Positions 10,581 to 17,903 of a stretch of DNA of 64,000 bases are shown piece by piece. The stretch spans positions 1 through 64,000 of the forward strand of contig CAVUXE010000029.1 in assembly GCA_963745235.1 (NCBI GenBank), in the 5' to 3' direction. This DNA is from an uncultured Spirochaetota bacterium (GTDB lineage: Bacteria > Spirochaetota > Spirochaetia > SZUA-6 > Fen-1364). The notes beneath the pieces were generated by a model. The model made no database searches and was not told the DNA's origin. It worked only from the letters and a program-made list of their open reading frames with translations. The translations under genes and the position numbers were made by a program. The stretch's first letter is position 1. Each line of letters starts with the position of its first letter.

Positions 10581-10774
10581 GCGTCCGCCACCTCCACGGT
10601 GGAGCAGGTCACGACAATCCTGCCACGCGGGACGCTCTGGAACCTTTCCCCTGTCTGGAGTATGTGGTCGGTGGTGTCGCTGGTCTGCGTGACGTAGAGA
10701 CACCCCGCAACGCAGGCGAGCAGGACTGGACGGCGCGGAAAAAAGCATCGCCATGCATGACGGCACACGGTCAC
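10581..10774 (-). pseudogene. degenerate DUF2917-like gene
   Basis: LACVAGCLYVTQTSDTTDHILQTGERFQSVPRGRIVV resembles the DUF2917 core (G.vWvTq.gd..DhvL..G); no good start and no stop before chrA. Confidence 0.5.
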
Positions 10775-10873
10775 AGTTGGCCGGGAGGCGCCGCGGTGTC
10801 CCTTGCTGGAGACGCAACTGTGCCTTTCCTTTTCAGGTTCCCGTCGCGACTTTTCATGGTGAGGCGGTGAACC

Positions 10874-11089
10874 ATGCGAGAAGCGACGTTGTATGAGCAG
10901 GTCGCGGACCAGGTAGAGGGCTTCATGGCACAGGGCATCTACGAACCGGGGGAGAGACTGCATTCCATCCGCCGCATCAGCTCCACGGACTGTTCCCCCG
11001 CGATTGAAGCCGCGCTCTCGGGGGTGGGCTCGATCGCAAAGGAGCTGGCGGAGACGTCGACTCCCGTTCTCCGGGCCTCGGCGATATGA
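10874..11089 (+). pseudogene. internally deleted MocR/GntR (PLP aminotransferase-fused) regulator
   Basis: LYEQVADQV...GIYEPGERLHSIRRIS (start of GntR wHTH) joined directly to SPAIEAAL..VG.IA (MocR-like C-terminal helix); 71 aa. Confidence 0.65.
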
Positions 11090-11099
11090 GCGGCCGCCC

Positions 11100-11663
11100 G
11101 TGATCGCCTACGTGTTCTGGCACTGGAGAAAGAACGGGTTGCCGGCGGGCGACTACGAAAAACGTCAGCAGGACTTCCATGCAGCGCTCAAGGCTGCACC
11201 GCCGTCTGGCTTCACCGGCTCTTTCAGCGCCAGGATTGCCGGGGTGGATTGGGCCGCGGGAGGCGATGAGGCGTACGAGGACTGGTACCTCGTCAAAGAC
11301 TTCGGCGCCCTGGGAGCGCTGAACGAAGGGGCGGTCTCGGGCACCAGGTCAGGTCCCCATGACGCGGCGGCAGCCGTTGCGGAAGGCGGGACCGCAAGCA
11401 TCTATCTGTTGCGTCGCGGAGAGGTGATGATCGACCCTGGATACGCTCACTGGTTCGGCAAACCGGCCGGCATGACATACGGAGAGCTCGCTGCTCTCCT
11501 GGATCCCCTGGTTGACGAAGAAGGAGGAGCGCTCTGGATGCGCCAGTTGGCCCTCGGCCCTGCCACGGAGCTCTGCCTTCAAGCGCGGAAGAAGGTGAGC
11601 CTTCCTTCTCCATTCGAGGTCCTTGTCCTTCCTTTGCGGCTGATCTGGCCCGTCCCCCGCTGA
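11100..11663 (+). CDS. conserved hypothetical protein
   Basis: GC-rich coding-like ORF with YVFWHW, YEDWYLV, LWMRQLALGP motifs; GTG start chosen at 11100. Confidence 0.65.
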   Translation: MIAYVFWHWRKNGLPAGDYEKRQQDFHAALKAAPPSGFTGSFSARIAGVDWAAGGDEAYEDWYLVKDFGALGALNEGAVSGTRSGPHDAAAAVAEGGTASIYLLRRGEVMIDPGYAHWFGKPAGMTYGELAALLDPLVDEEGGALWMRQLALGPATELCLQARKKVSLPSPFEVLVLPLRLIWPVPR

Positions 11664-11720
11664 GGGCTGCGCCGCCAGGTCCTGGTCCTGTGCGCGGAGC
11701 GCCGTGCGCTGCCCGAAAGC

Positions 11721-12110
11721 TTACCCCTGGTTGTCCGCCCTTTTCTCGAGGTCCAGCAGCAACCCAAGATAGCTTGCTTTAATTTTCCTGTAGATGGCTG
11801 TCGCTTCTGCCTCATCATAGATGTGAGATGTCTGGTTTCTATCCTCAAGCATCTGGATCCAGGAGTCTCCGTCAGCCAGTATTCCAGCACGAAAGGATTC
11901 TTTTATGCATGAACGTGGACTGGCGCACTGGATCCCTTCATGCATCAGCAATGCCTTCAAAAGCTTCCACCCCAGCTCGAACGTGAACTCGAACCTCTGG
12001 ATGACGCCGTCCAGAGCCAGGCTGTTGTTCGTGGGGTCCACCGCCAATCCTTCCCGCAGACGTGTGATCGCTTTTGAGTACTCCTCATGGCTCAAGCGTC
12101 TGTCATCCAA
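11721..12110 (-). CDS. HEPN / nucleotidyltransferase substrate-binding protein (HI0074 family), toxin of an MNT-HEPN pair
   Basis: DGVIQRFEFTFELGWK, SPR, and RNQTSHIY (RX4HXY) HEPN motif. Confidence 0.9.
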   Translation of the reverse strand: MDDRRLSHEEYSKAITRLREGLAVDPTNNSLALDGVIQRFEFTFELGWKLLKALLMHEGIQCASPRSCIKESFRAGILADGDSWIQMLEDRNQTSHIYDEAEATAIYRKIKASYLGLLLDLEKRADNQG

Positions 12111-12402
12111 GGATAGGCACCCCTTCTCTCAGAATCCTCTCCTTCAGTCCAGTCTTCTCAAGCAGGTCGTAGCTCACAAGATCGATCTTCAACGCCGTTG
12201 CAATCTCCTCGTTCAATTGCCCGCGAACAATGTTGATGTCCTCCCTCGTCCAAAGCGGATCGATGATGGCGATATCAATGTCCGACGTGAGCGACGCATC
12301 TCCGCGAGCACGGGAACCGAAGAGAACGATTTTTCGCGCGTTCTTGTGCAAAAGAACGAGCCTGACTATGTGGTCCAAGACGGTCTTGACTTCGACGGCC
12401 AT
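12103..12402 (-). CDS. minimal nucleotidyltransferase (MNT) antitoxin
   Basis: LFGSRARGD...SDIDIA motif; overlaps the HEPN gene; TTGACC-17 bp-CAGAAT promoter 6 nt upstream. Confidence 0.9.
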   Translation of the reverse strand: MAVEVKTVLDHIVRLVLLHKNARKIVLFGSRARGDASLTSDIDIAIIDPLWTREDINIVRGQLNEEIATALKIDLVSYDLLEKTGLKERILREGVPILG

Positions 12403-12461
12403 GGTCAGATTCTGGTGCAAGCAGATTCAAAGGTCAAGCTCGCTGCTGCGCCGCTGCACCG

Positions 12462-14378
12462 TTATTTCAAATGCTCTTCCGCGTACAGGGATAGCTCAAT
12501 CACGCGTTCGAGCAACTCCCGGCTGTCGAAACCGGGGAAGTTGGCCAGAACAAGCTCTTTTGCGAAAAGACGGCAGATGTACTTGAGCTTGCGCGTGTGT
12601 CTCTGCGCGGCGAACACGTAGTCTCGATGTCCGTTGTTGATGATGATGAGGTTGTTCTTCTCGTCGTACTTTGATCGCCACAGTTCCCCAGGCGCCCTGA
12701 GAAAGCTGTAGCCCGGCAGGCCCTTTCCCCGCGCATCGCCTGCCCCGGCATCTGGCCCGATCAAGGTTTCACTGACGGTGATCCTCGCCTGCGCGCTCAC
12801 CGTCACGTCGGCCTGTCGGACGGAGGCTTCCAGAATTGTGAGACCAGGCTCCTGTGGCGCGGTGAAAGTGACTATGTCACCGACGGATGAAGAGAGTGCG
12901 CCCGCGCCTTCTTTTACCGTCCATACAACGTCGATGCCCTCATCAATGGTTCGACGTTCCTTGTCGCGAGCAATGCAACGGAAACCCCTTTCCGTCCTGA
13001 CCTTCATGACAACCGAAGATGGTGATATGACTGCGCCGTAGAGCGGTCCGGGGAAGTCGAAGAACTCGCGCCCGGCGACTTCCGTCTCCCCATCCGCCGT
13101 CCCCGGCGCCTTCATTGCGGCGGCGCCTTCGATCCCTTCAGCCCCTGATCCCGCAGCACCGGTTCCCATCTCCCCTGCTCCCTGTTGCCTGGGTTTCTGT
13201 CCCGTATGCAGCTCAAACCATTGATAATCATCCGGAGACAGCGTGAGAAACGCTTCCTTGAAAGCCTTCTGCACGGACTTCAGGATATTGCGGCTGGCCT
13301 GCTCCTCTTCGGCGGTCCTTTCTTCAGCGATAATTCCGTTCAGCCGAGCAGCTGCGGGTTCGAGTGCCTGGCGGAAGACCTCGAAACTTTCGTCCTGGAT
13401 CACCCCGGTCCGCGTTCCCGGCGTCAGTTGGAGAAAGGGAGCATCGATCATTCCCTGGAGGAGCCCACTCGTCCACGGCTCCCCGTTGAACGCGTCCAGC
13501 TCGGAAAGAGAAGCCACGACGCGAGTTCCCGACCTGTACAGGCTGACATGGTTCTCGGGCCCCTGGCTGTTCAGGTACAGCTCCACGTATATCTCTCCGC
13601 CTGTGCTGGATATCGGGCCTATCTCATGGAGGAGCCTGCCGGCGAACTGGCGCGGCTGGACTTCCAGCTCTTTTTTGGAGGTGCGGTCCATGATGCGGAT
13701 GTGCACGCCGGATTTCCGTATCCTGTCGCGCAGCTCGGAGGCGAGATAGCTTTGGATTCGCTCTCCGCTCAGCTGTCGAAGACCTGGCAGAAGGGGATGG
13801 ATAAGAAGCTCGGTTCCCTGATGGGAAATAAGAGCCCTCTTTATGAAGATGCTGTAGCCCGGCTCGTTCTTCCTCATCTCCATCTGGTAGGTCCTGCCGT
13901 CCGCGCTTGTCGATGAAAGCCGCATCCGTTCTCCGACGGTCCAGAAGCTGAGCAGGCCAATGCCAAACTCCCCCTGGATACCTTCGATGCCTTTCTCTTT
14001 CAACCGCCGCTTCAGCGAATCCCCGATGTGCGTTGCGACAAAGCGGAAGTCAGGGACCCCTTCGGGGTCGCGGGGAACACCTTCGCCATCGTCCACAATT
14101 TTCAGAAACGGTTCACCGCGCTCCTTTCCACGGACAATCGAGATTGTCGTCGCATGCGCGTCAATGCTGTTTTCTACGAACTCCGCTATGGCCTTCAAAG
14201 GGTTGTTCTGGGAAAGCGCTATGATGGTAATGACATTCCAGTTGTCGCCAATCCGAAGCTTGCCGGCCGCCGCTGGGGAGGGGCGAGAGGTGCGTGCACC
14301 CCGTTTTCCGCGAGCTCGTTTTCGGACGCCGCCGGAGCCCGCTGGCGCCGGGTCGCGATTGGAACCCTCATCGCTCAT
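12462..14378 (-). CDS. GHKL (MORC/HATPase_c-like) ATPase with C-terminal Ig-like domain
   Basis: AIAEFVENSIDA, DDGEG, GEFGIG, GTE Bergerat motifs; beta-rich segment VISPSSVVMK...VTFTAP...ARITV; start placed at MSDEG. Confidence 0.8.
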   Translation of the reverse strand: MSDEGSNRDPAPAGSGGVRKRARGKRGARTSRPSPAAAGKLRIGDNWNVITIIALSQNNPLKAIAEFVENSIDAHATTISIVRGKERGEPFLKIVDDGEGVPRDPEGVPDFRFVATHIGDSLKRRLKEKGIEGIQGEFGIGLLSFWTVGERMRLSSTSADGRTYQMEMRKNEPGYSIFIKRALISHQGTELLIHPLLPGLRQLSGERIQSYLASELRDRIRKSGVHIRIMDRTSKKELEVQPRQFAGRLLHEIGPISSTGGEIYVELYLNSQGPENHVSLYRSGTRVVASLSELDAFNGEPWTSGLLQGMIDAPFLQLTPGTRTGVIQDESFEVFRQALEPAAARLNGIIAEERTAEEEQASRNILKSVQKAFKEAFLTLSPDDYQWFELHTGQKPRQQGAGEMGTGAAGSGAEGIEGAAAMKAPGTADGETEVAGREFFDFPGPLYGAVISPSSVVMKVRTERGFRCIARDKERRTIDEGIDVVWTVKEGAGALSSSVGDIVTFTAPQEPGLTILEASVRQADVTVSAQARITVSETLIGPDAGAGDARGKGLPGYSFLRAPGELWRSKYDEKNNLIIINNGHRDYVFAAQRHTRKLKYICRLFAKELVLANFPGFDSRELLERVIELSLYAEEHLK

Positions 14379-14472
14379 AAGAAACAGGGATATACAAAAA
14401 GCACGGCGGGCACAAGACCAGCAGGTCCTGGGCGTATCTCCGGGACTCGCGCGATCACCGCGAGGCGCCGAC

Positions 14473-14862
14473 TCACGTCGATGGAAGGGCTGTTGAAACC
14501 GATAGGTTGGGGATTTGTTTGAAATGCTCGTCGGAAGAAACGACAGTAGCACCAGCCCGGATGGCACAACAAGCAATCACCAGATCTGTAAGCGGCAGCA
14601 CAACTCCGCGGCGATCCAAAGTCCGGGCAAGATCGGCGGTCTCATTCCACGTTGTGTCGTCAATGTCTACCGTGGTCATTGCTTCGAAGAGCTCACGCAT
14701 GCGCTCGCGTATCTTCTCGCTGAGAATACCGCGAAGCACCTCGCAACGGATAACACCGCAGCACAGGACTTCTTCCTGAAGAAGCCACGGACGCAAGGCT
14801 TGCACTGGATCTTGCCGTGCTCGCAAGAGGTCAATGTACAGGGTCGAATCGACCAGAAACAC
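14473..14862 (-). CDS. vapC: VapC PIN-domain toxin
   Basis: LVDS, EVLRG, DLVIA, SSDEHF PIN acidic residues. Confidence 0.9.
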   Translation of the reverse strand: MFLVDSTLYIDLLRARQDPVQALRPWLLQEEVLCCGVIRCEVLRGILSEKIRERMRELFEAMTTVDIDDTTWNETADLARTLDRRGVVLPLTDLVIACCAIRAGATVVSSDEHFKQIPNLSVSTALPST

Positions 14863-14867
14863 CGTGA

Positions 14868-15095
14868 CTACCTGGCCGGTTTCTCGCGTGCGCGCAGCGC
14901 ACGAAGATCATATCGCGGGTCAACAGCGTCATCAAAATCTTTTGGCGCCAAGGAGGTTGAAAGGAGCTTGTTTCGCCTCGCGCTTCGCTCGGCAGCGCTC
15001 AAAGCATAGTTCAAGGCCTTTGTTTTTGTCTTGATTCCCGTGAGTTTCATGAGCCTTGAGAGTTTCCTCTCGTCAATCTCCATGGTCATCTTCAT
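14868..15095 (-). CDS. vapB: VapB antitoxin
   Basis: MKMTMEIDERKL...TGIKTKTKALNYAL RHH-type VapB directly upstream of vapC. Confidence 0.85.
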   Translation of the reverse strand: MKMTMEIDERKLSRLMKLTGIKTKTKALNYALSAAERSARRNKLLSTSLAPKDFDDAVDPRYDLRALRAREKPAR

Positions 15096-15102
15096 AAGGG
15101 TG

Positions 15103-15131
15103 ATACTATGGTCCTTAGTCCCACACGTCAA
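15103..15131 (-). promoter_or_regulatory. sigma70-like leaderless promoter of vapBC
   Basis: TTGACG-17 bp-TAGTAT, 7 nt before ATG 15095, no RBS. Confidence 0.65.
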
Positions 15132-15173
15132 TATGGGCTATTGTGGCTGCTGTGGCGGCGCGTAAGATTAGTT

Positions 15174-15363
15174 GGGCGTGCCCCGCCCAAGGCGCAGTCA
15201 TCCGGCTCCATGGGCCGCGTCTCCCTCCTGCCTCGGGCGGGTCGGGTGCTCCGCTCCAAGTCCTCGGTGCGAAGGGCTTCTCTTGCGGTAAAGTGGCTGG
15301 GCGGGAACGAGGCGTCTCTTCGCGGCGGCGCACCTGCGGGCTTTCCGCTGCGCCCCCTCACGC
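15174..15363 (+). ncRNA. Flavo-1-like structured RNA / interspersed repeat
   Basis: GGGCGTGCCCC...GGGTCGGGTGCTCCGCTCCAAGTCCTCG...CTGCGGGCTTTCCGCTGCGCCCCCTCACGC matches my recollection of the Flavo-1 motif (Bacteroidota/Spirochaetota); stems GCGTG/CACGC, CCCGCCCaAGGC/GCCTcGGGCGGG and GGTGCG/CGCACC are visible. Confidence 0.6.
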
Positions 15364-15436
15364 CTTGCTGACGGGGAGTGGACTCTGCCGCTAGCTGAGC
15401 AAGGCGCTGAGATCGTGCGCCGAGCATACAAGCAAT

Positions 15437-15477
15437 TGTACTTGACGTGTACATGGATTTGTACATATGCTTGTACA
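15437..15477 (+). promoter_or_regulatory. phd/yefM promoter with TGTACA operator array
   Basis: TTGACG (15442)-18 bp-TATGCT; TGTACA palindromes at 15448, 15460 and 15472 (12-bp period) plus TGTACT at 15437. Confidence 0.75.
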
Positions 15478-15561
15478 AGTCTCGCCGAATTTCCAGCGGA
15501 GGAGAATCGGGGTCTCCGGGAGAGAGACCCAACAACCCTTTCTTAAACAAGGAGCACAATT

Positions 15562-15849
15562 GTGCTCAAGACATTAAAGATCACTGCTGCCAGAGAACAG
15601 CTGACGTCGATTCGCAATAAAATGCGAACCGACGAGACGATTGCGGTTACCAGTCGAGGCAAGAGAGTTCTTGCCCTGATGCGATGGGAGACGTATGACG
15701 CAATCCGGGAAACCCTGAGCATCCTCGAGGATGAAGAGCTCATGAAAAAGCTGAGGCAGAGCATCAAGGAAGCCGAAGAGGGTAAGCTTATTCCTCTGGA
15801 GGACGTGGAAAAGGAAATCGCTGATGAAGGCCGGGGCGAAGCGCCGTAG
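15562..15849 (+). CDS. Phd/YefM family antitoxin
   Basis: ITAAREQL...IAVTSRGK...ETLSILED.ELM..LRQS..E...G; AAGGAG RBS. Confidence 0.9.
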   Translation: MLKTLKITAAREQLTSIRNKMRTDETIAVTSRGKRVLALMRWETYDAIRETLSILEDEELMKKLRQSIKEAEEGKLIPLEDVEKEIADEGRGEAP

Positions 15850-15861
15850 GAAAGGTTTGGA

Positions 15862-16599
15862 ATGTTGATTAGTCTTGGACAAGATTCTTTACTCGACCAA
15901 AAAAGAGAAAAAGCGAAGTCCAAGATTGAGGAGCTTCTCGCTCCCGTATGGAATGTACCTGAAATACCCAAGATCTCGGATCTTGATCGCTTCCGCCATT
16001 TGGCAGAGCCCCTTTGGAAAAGCACCGGCAGCAACTTTCTGGGAGACCTGCTGACCCCGAGCGAGCTTGATCGACCTCTATTCGAAGTCAGTCGCGAAAT
16101 TGATCAGTTAAAAACGATTTCAGATTTCGTCATTCAAGCGCCCGGCTCTCCCTGGACCAATTGGGGCACCGCATTTGCCCTACCACAGCTTGATTGGGCC
16201 ACAACCAGCATTCCTCCGTTCACAATAGACAGCATCAAGACAGCTGCCCAACCCAACGCGAGTGATGCCCTTTGGGAGAACCTGTATCCTTCGGCGTTCA
16301 AAAAGCTCGATGATTATCTCAGTGAGCTTACCGCAGGGTTAGGCGTAGCTGAAGACGCATACTATCTTACCGTTTCAGAGTTCGATCCCTGGCAAGAAAT
16401 GGAGTCCTACGCGCGCCGGCGTGCCACTTCGTACATTTCGCGATTGGTTTACTTGCATCGTGCGCTCGAAAAGCTCCTTGCTGCGGCGGATTCAGCCGAA
16501 AGTACTCCATCGCTATTCCTTTTTCATTCCACAAGGGAATCATGCAAAGTCACACCCCAAGTCTCAAAACGTCCACCCCCTCCTTCGACGCCGTTCTGA
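15862..16599 (+). CDS. hypothetical protein between antitoxin and toxin
   Basis: 245-aa uninterrupted ORF, AGGAAAGG RBS, 12 nt after the phd stop; no family recognised. Confidence 0.6.
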   Translation: MLISLGQDSLLDQKREKAKSKIEELLAPVWNVPEIPKISDLDRFRHLAEPLWKSTGSNFLGDLLTPSELDRPLFEVSREIDQLKTISDFVIQAPGSPWTNWGTAFALPQLDWATTSIPPFTIDSIKTAAQPNASDALWENLYPSAFKKLDDYLSELTAGLGVAEDAYYLTVSEFDPWQEMESYARRRATSYISRLVYLHRALEKLLAAADSAESTPSLFLFHSTRESCKVTPQVSKRPPPPSTPF

Positions 16600-16645
16600 G
16601 GTTTCATCGCGGCTCGAAGACAGTTCAGTTTAGGGAGGGGAGATC

Positions 16646-16996
16646 GTGAACAAAAATTCGATCAAAAGAAACTCGAAGACCACGTTCAAGGTGTACGTCA
16701 CGCCGACCGTCAAGGAAATGTTGGATGAAATCAAGCTTGGTGACTCAGACGCACACAGCAAGATCATTGAGAAGATGAAAGGGTTACGAAATTCGCCGGA
16801 GAAGCAAGGACGAGCGCTTGTGGGCCCTCTCAAAGGTTTGCGAAGGATCGTTGCAGCTGGAAGGTACCGGATCCTCTACCGCGTCCAGAACAAGAAGGTC
16901 GCCGTTGTTGTCGTGGCAACCGGAATCAGAAAGGTGGGCGATAAAAGGGATATTTATGAGATTGCTCAGAAGCTGATCAAGGCGAAATTGCTGTGA
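16646..16996 (+). CDS. relE: RelE/ParE family toxin
   Basis: PEKQGRALVGPLKGLRRI..GRYRILY.V......VVV..GIRK....DIYE. Confidence 0.9.
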   Translation: MNKNSIKRNSKTTFKVYVTPTVKEMLDEIKLGDSDAHSKIIEKMKGLRNSPEKQGRALVGPLKGLRRIVAAGRYRILYRVQNKKVAVVVVATGIRKVGDKRDIYEIAQKLIKAKLL

Positions 16997-17042
16997 CGGT
17001 TTCCTTGGCTCCGCGCCCGTGGAAAAAAGGAGAACAAGTTCG

Positions 17043-17426
17043 ATGATAAAGTCCACACAGATGTCCTCTTCCTTCAAGGACATCATCAACGACCAGGTCT
17101 ATCAGTCGACAAGGAAGATAGAGAACAGGTCAGCAATTCCTGACACTTCCGAGATTCCAATAGAGGATCAGTTAAAGTGGCTGAAAGTTCCAGACGTAAT
17201 CTGCGTCTTTGTTGATATGATGGGATCAACCCGACTGAGCGCCGAGAGCTACGACCGCAGCACAGCAGGAGCGTACCAGCTTTTTACTGTAACCACCGCT
17301 GGACTATTTCATGAGTTCGAATCCCCATATATTGACGTCAGAGCCGACGAGGCTTCCGCGCTCTTTGACGCGACCCAATTTCGCGGCAGCTGTCACCTTT
17401 CAAAGTTATCTCCCTGCCGTTGGTGA
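17043..17426 (+). pseudogene. truncated class III nucleotide cyclase (Pycsar PycC-like)
   Basis: VICVFVDMMGSTRLS first metal-binding motif; second motif degenerate (DVRADEASALFD versus D.rGDg.falF); frame breaks near 17380. Confidence 0.6.
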
Positions 17427-17505
17427 AACAATAAGTATGGTCAATCGCGAGGAGCCGGTGTTTCCTTGGCTTAGGCCGGGTTCAGCGAAGGCAGTTTGAC
17501 TGACC

Positions 17506-17524
17506 GCCCCGCGAGCGGGGCTTT
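17506..17524 (+). terminator. possible intrinsic terminator
   Basis: GCCCCG-CGAG-CGGGGC hairpin followed by a short TTT. Confidence 0.35.
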
Positions 17525-17582
17525 CAATACGGCCCGTTCGCGGATAGTATGGGTGATCGAACGCGCGCAAGGCTGACCCCAC

Positions 17583-17903
17583 ATGCCTGAAGAGTACAAC
17601 ATCTACTGTGACGAGAGGTGCCACCTCGAACACGACCGCCCGCAGTGGATGGTGCTGCGGGCCATCTGCTGTCCAGAAGAGAAAATCCCTCTCAGCTCTG
17701 AGCGAATGAAGGGAATCAAGATAGAGAACAACCTGCCTCGGCAGTTCGAGATCAAGTGGACCAGGGCGTCGAGGGGCAAGCTCCAGTTCTATCTGGACCT
17801 ACTGAAATTCTTCCTGGACTACCAAGATCACCTCTTCCGAGCTCTAACCGTCCCTGACAAATCCATTCTCAACCACAAGGCGCAAAAGCAGACTCCGATG
17901 TGA
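17583..17903 (+). pseudogene. truncated DUF3800 family protein
   Basis: YNIYCDE.CHLEHD...MVL, EIKWT..S..K..FY.DL..FF; ends at 106 aa where the next ORF starts. Confidence 0.7.

Noticed and set aside
11676-14431. Imperfect inverted similarity (GCACGGCG...GCACA.GACCAG) and a shared CAGGTCCTGG flanking the HEPN-MNT-GHKL genes
   Set aside because: Needs a 5-nt gap in GC-rich sequence; no transposase or target duplication; could be chance
17310-17330. tRNA T-loop-like GTTCGAATCCC
   Set aside because: Inside the cyclase coding frame; no cloverleaf
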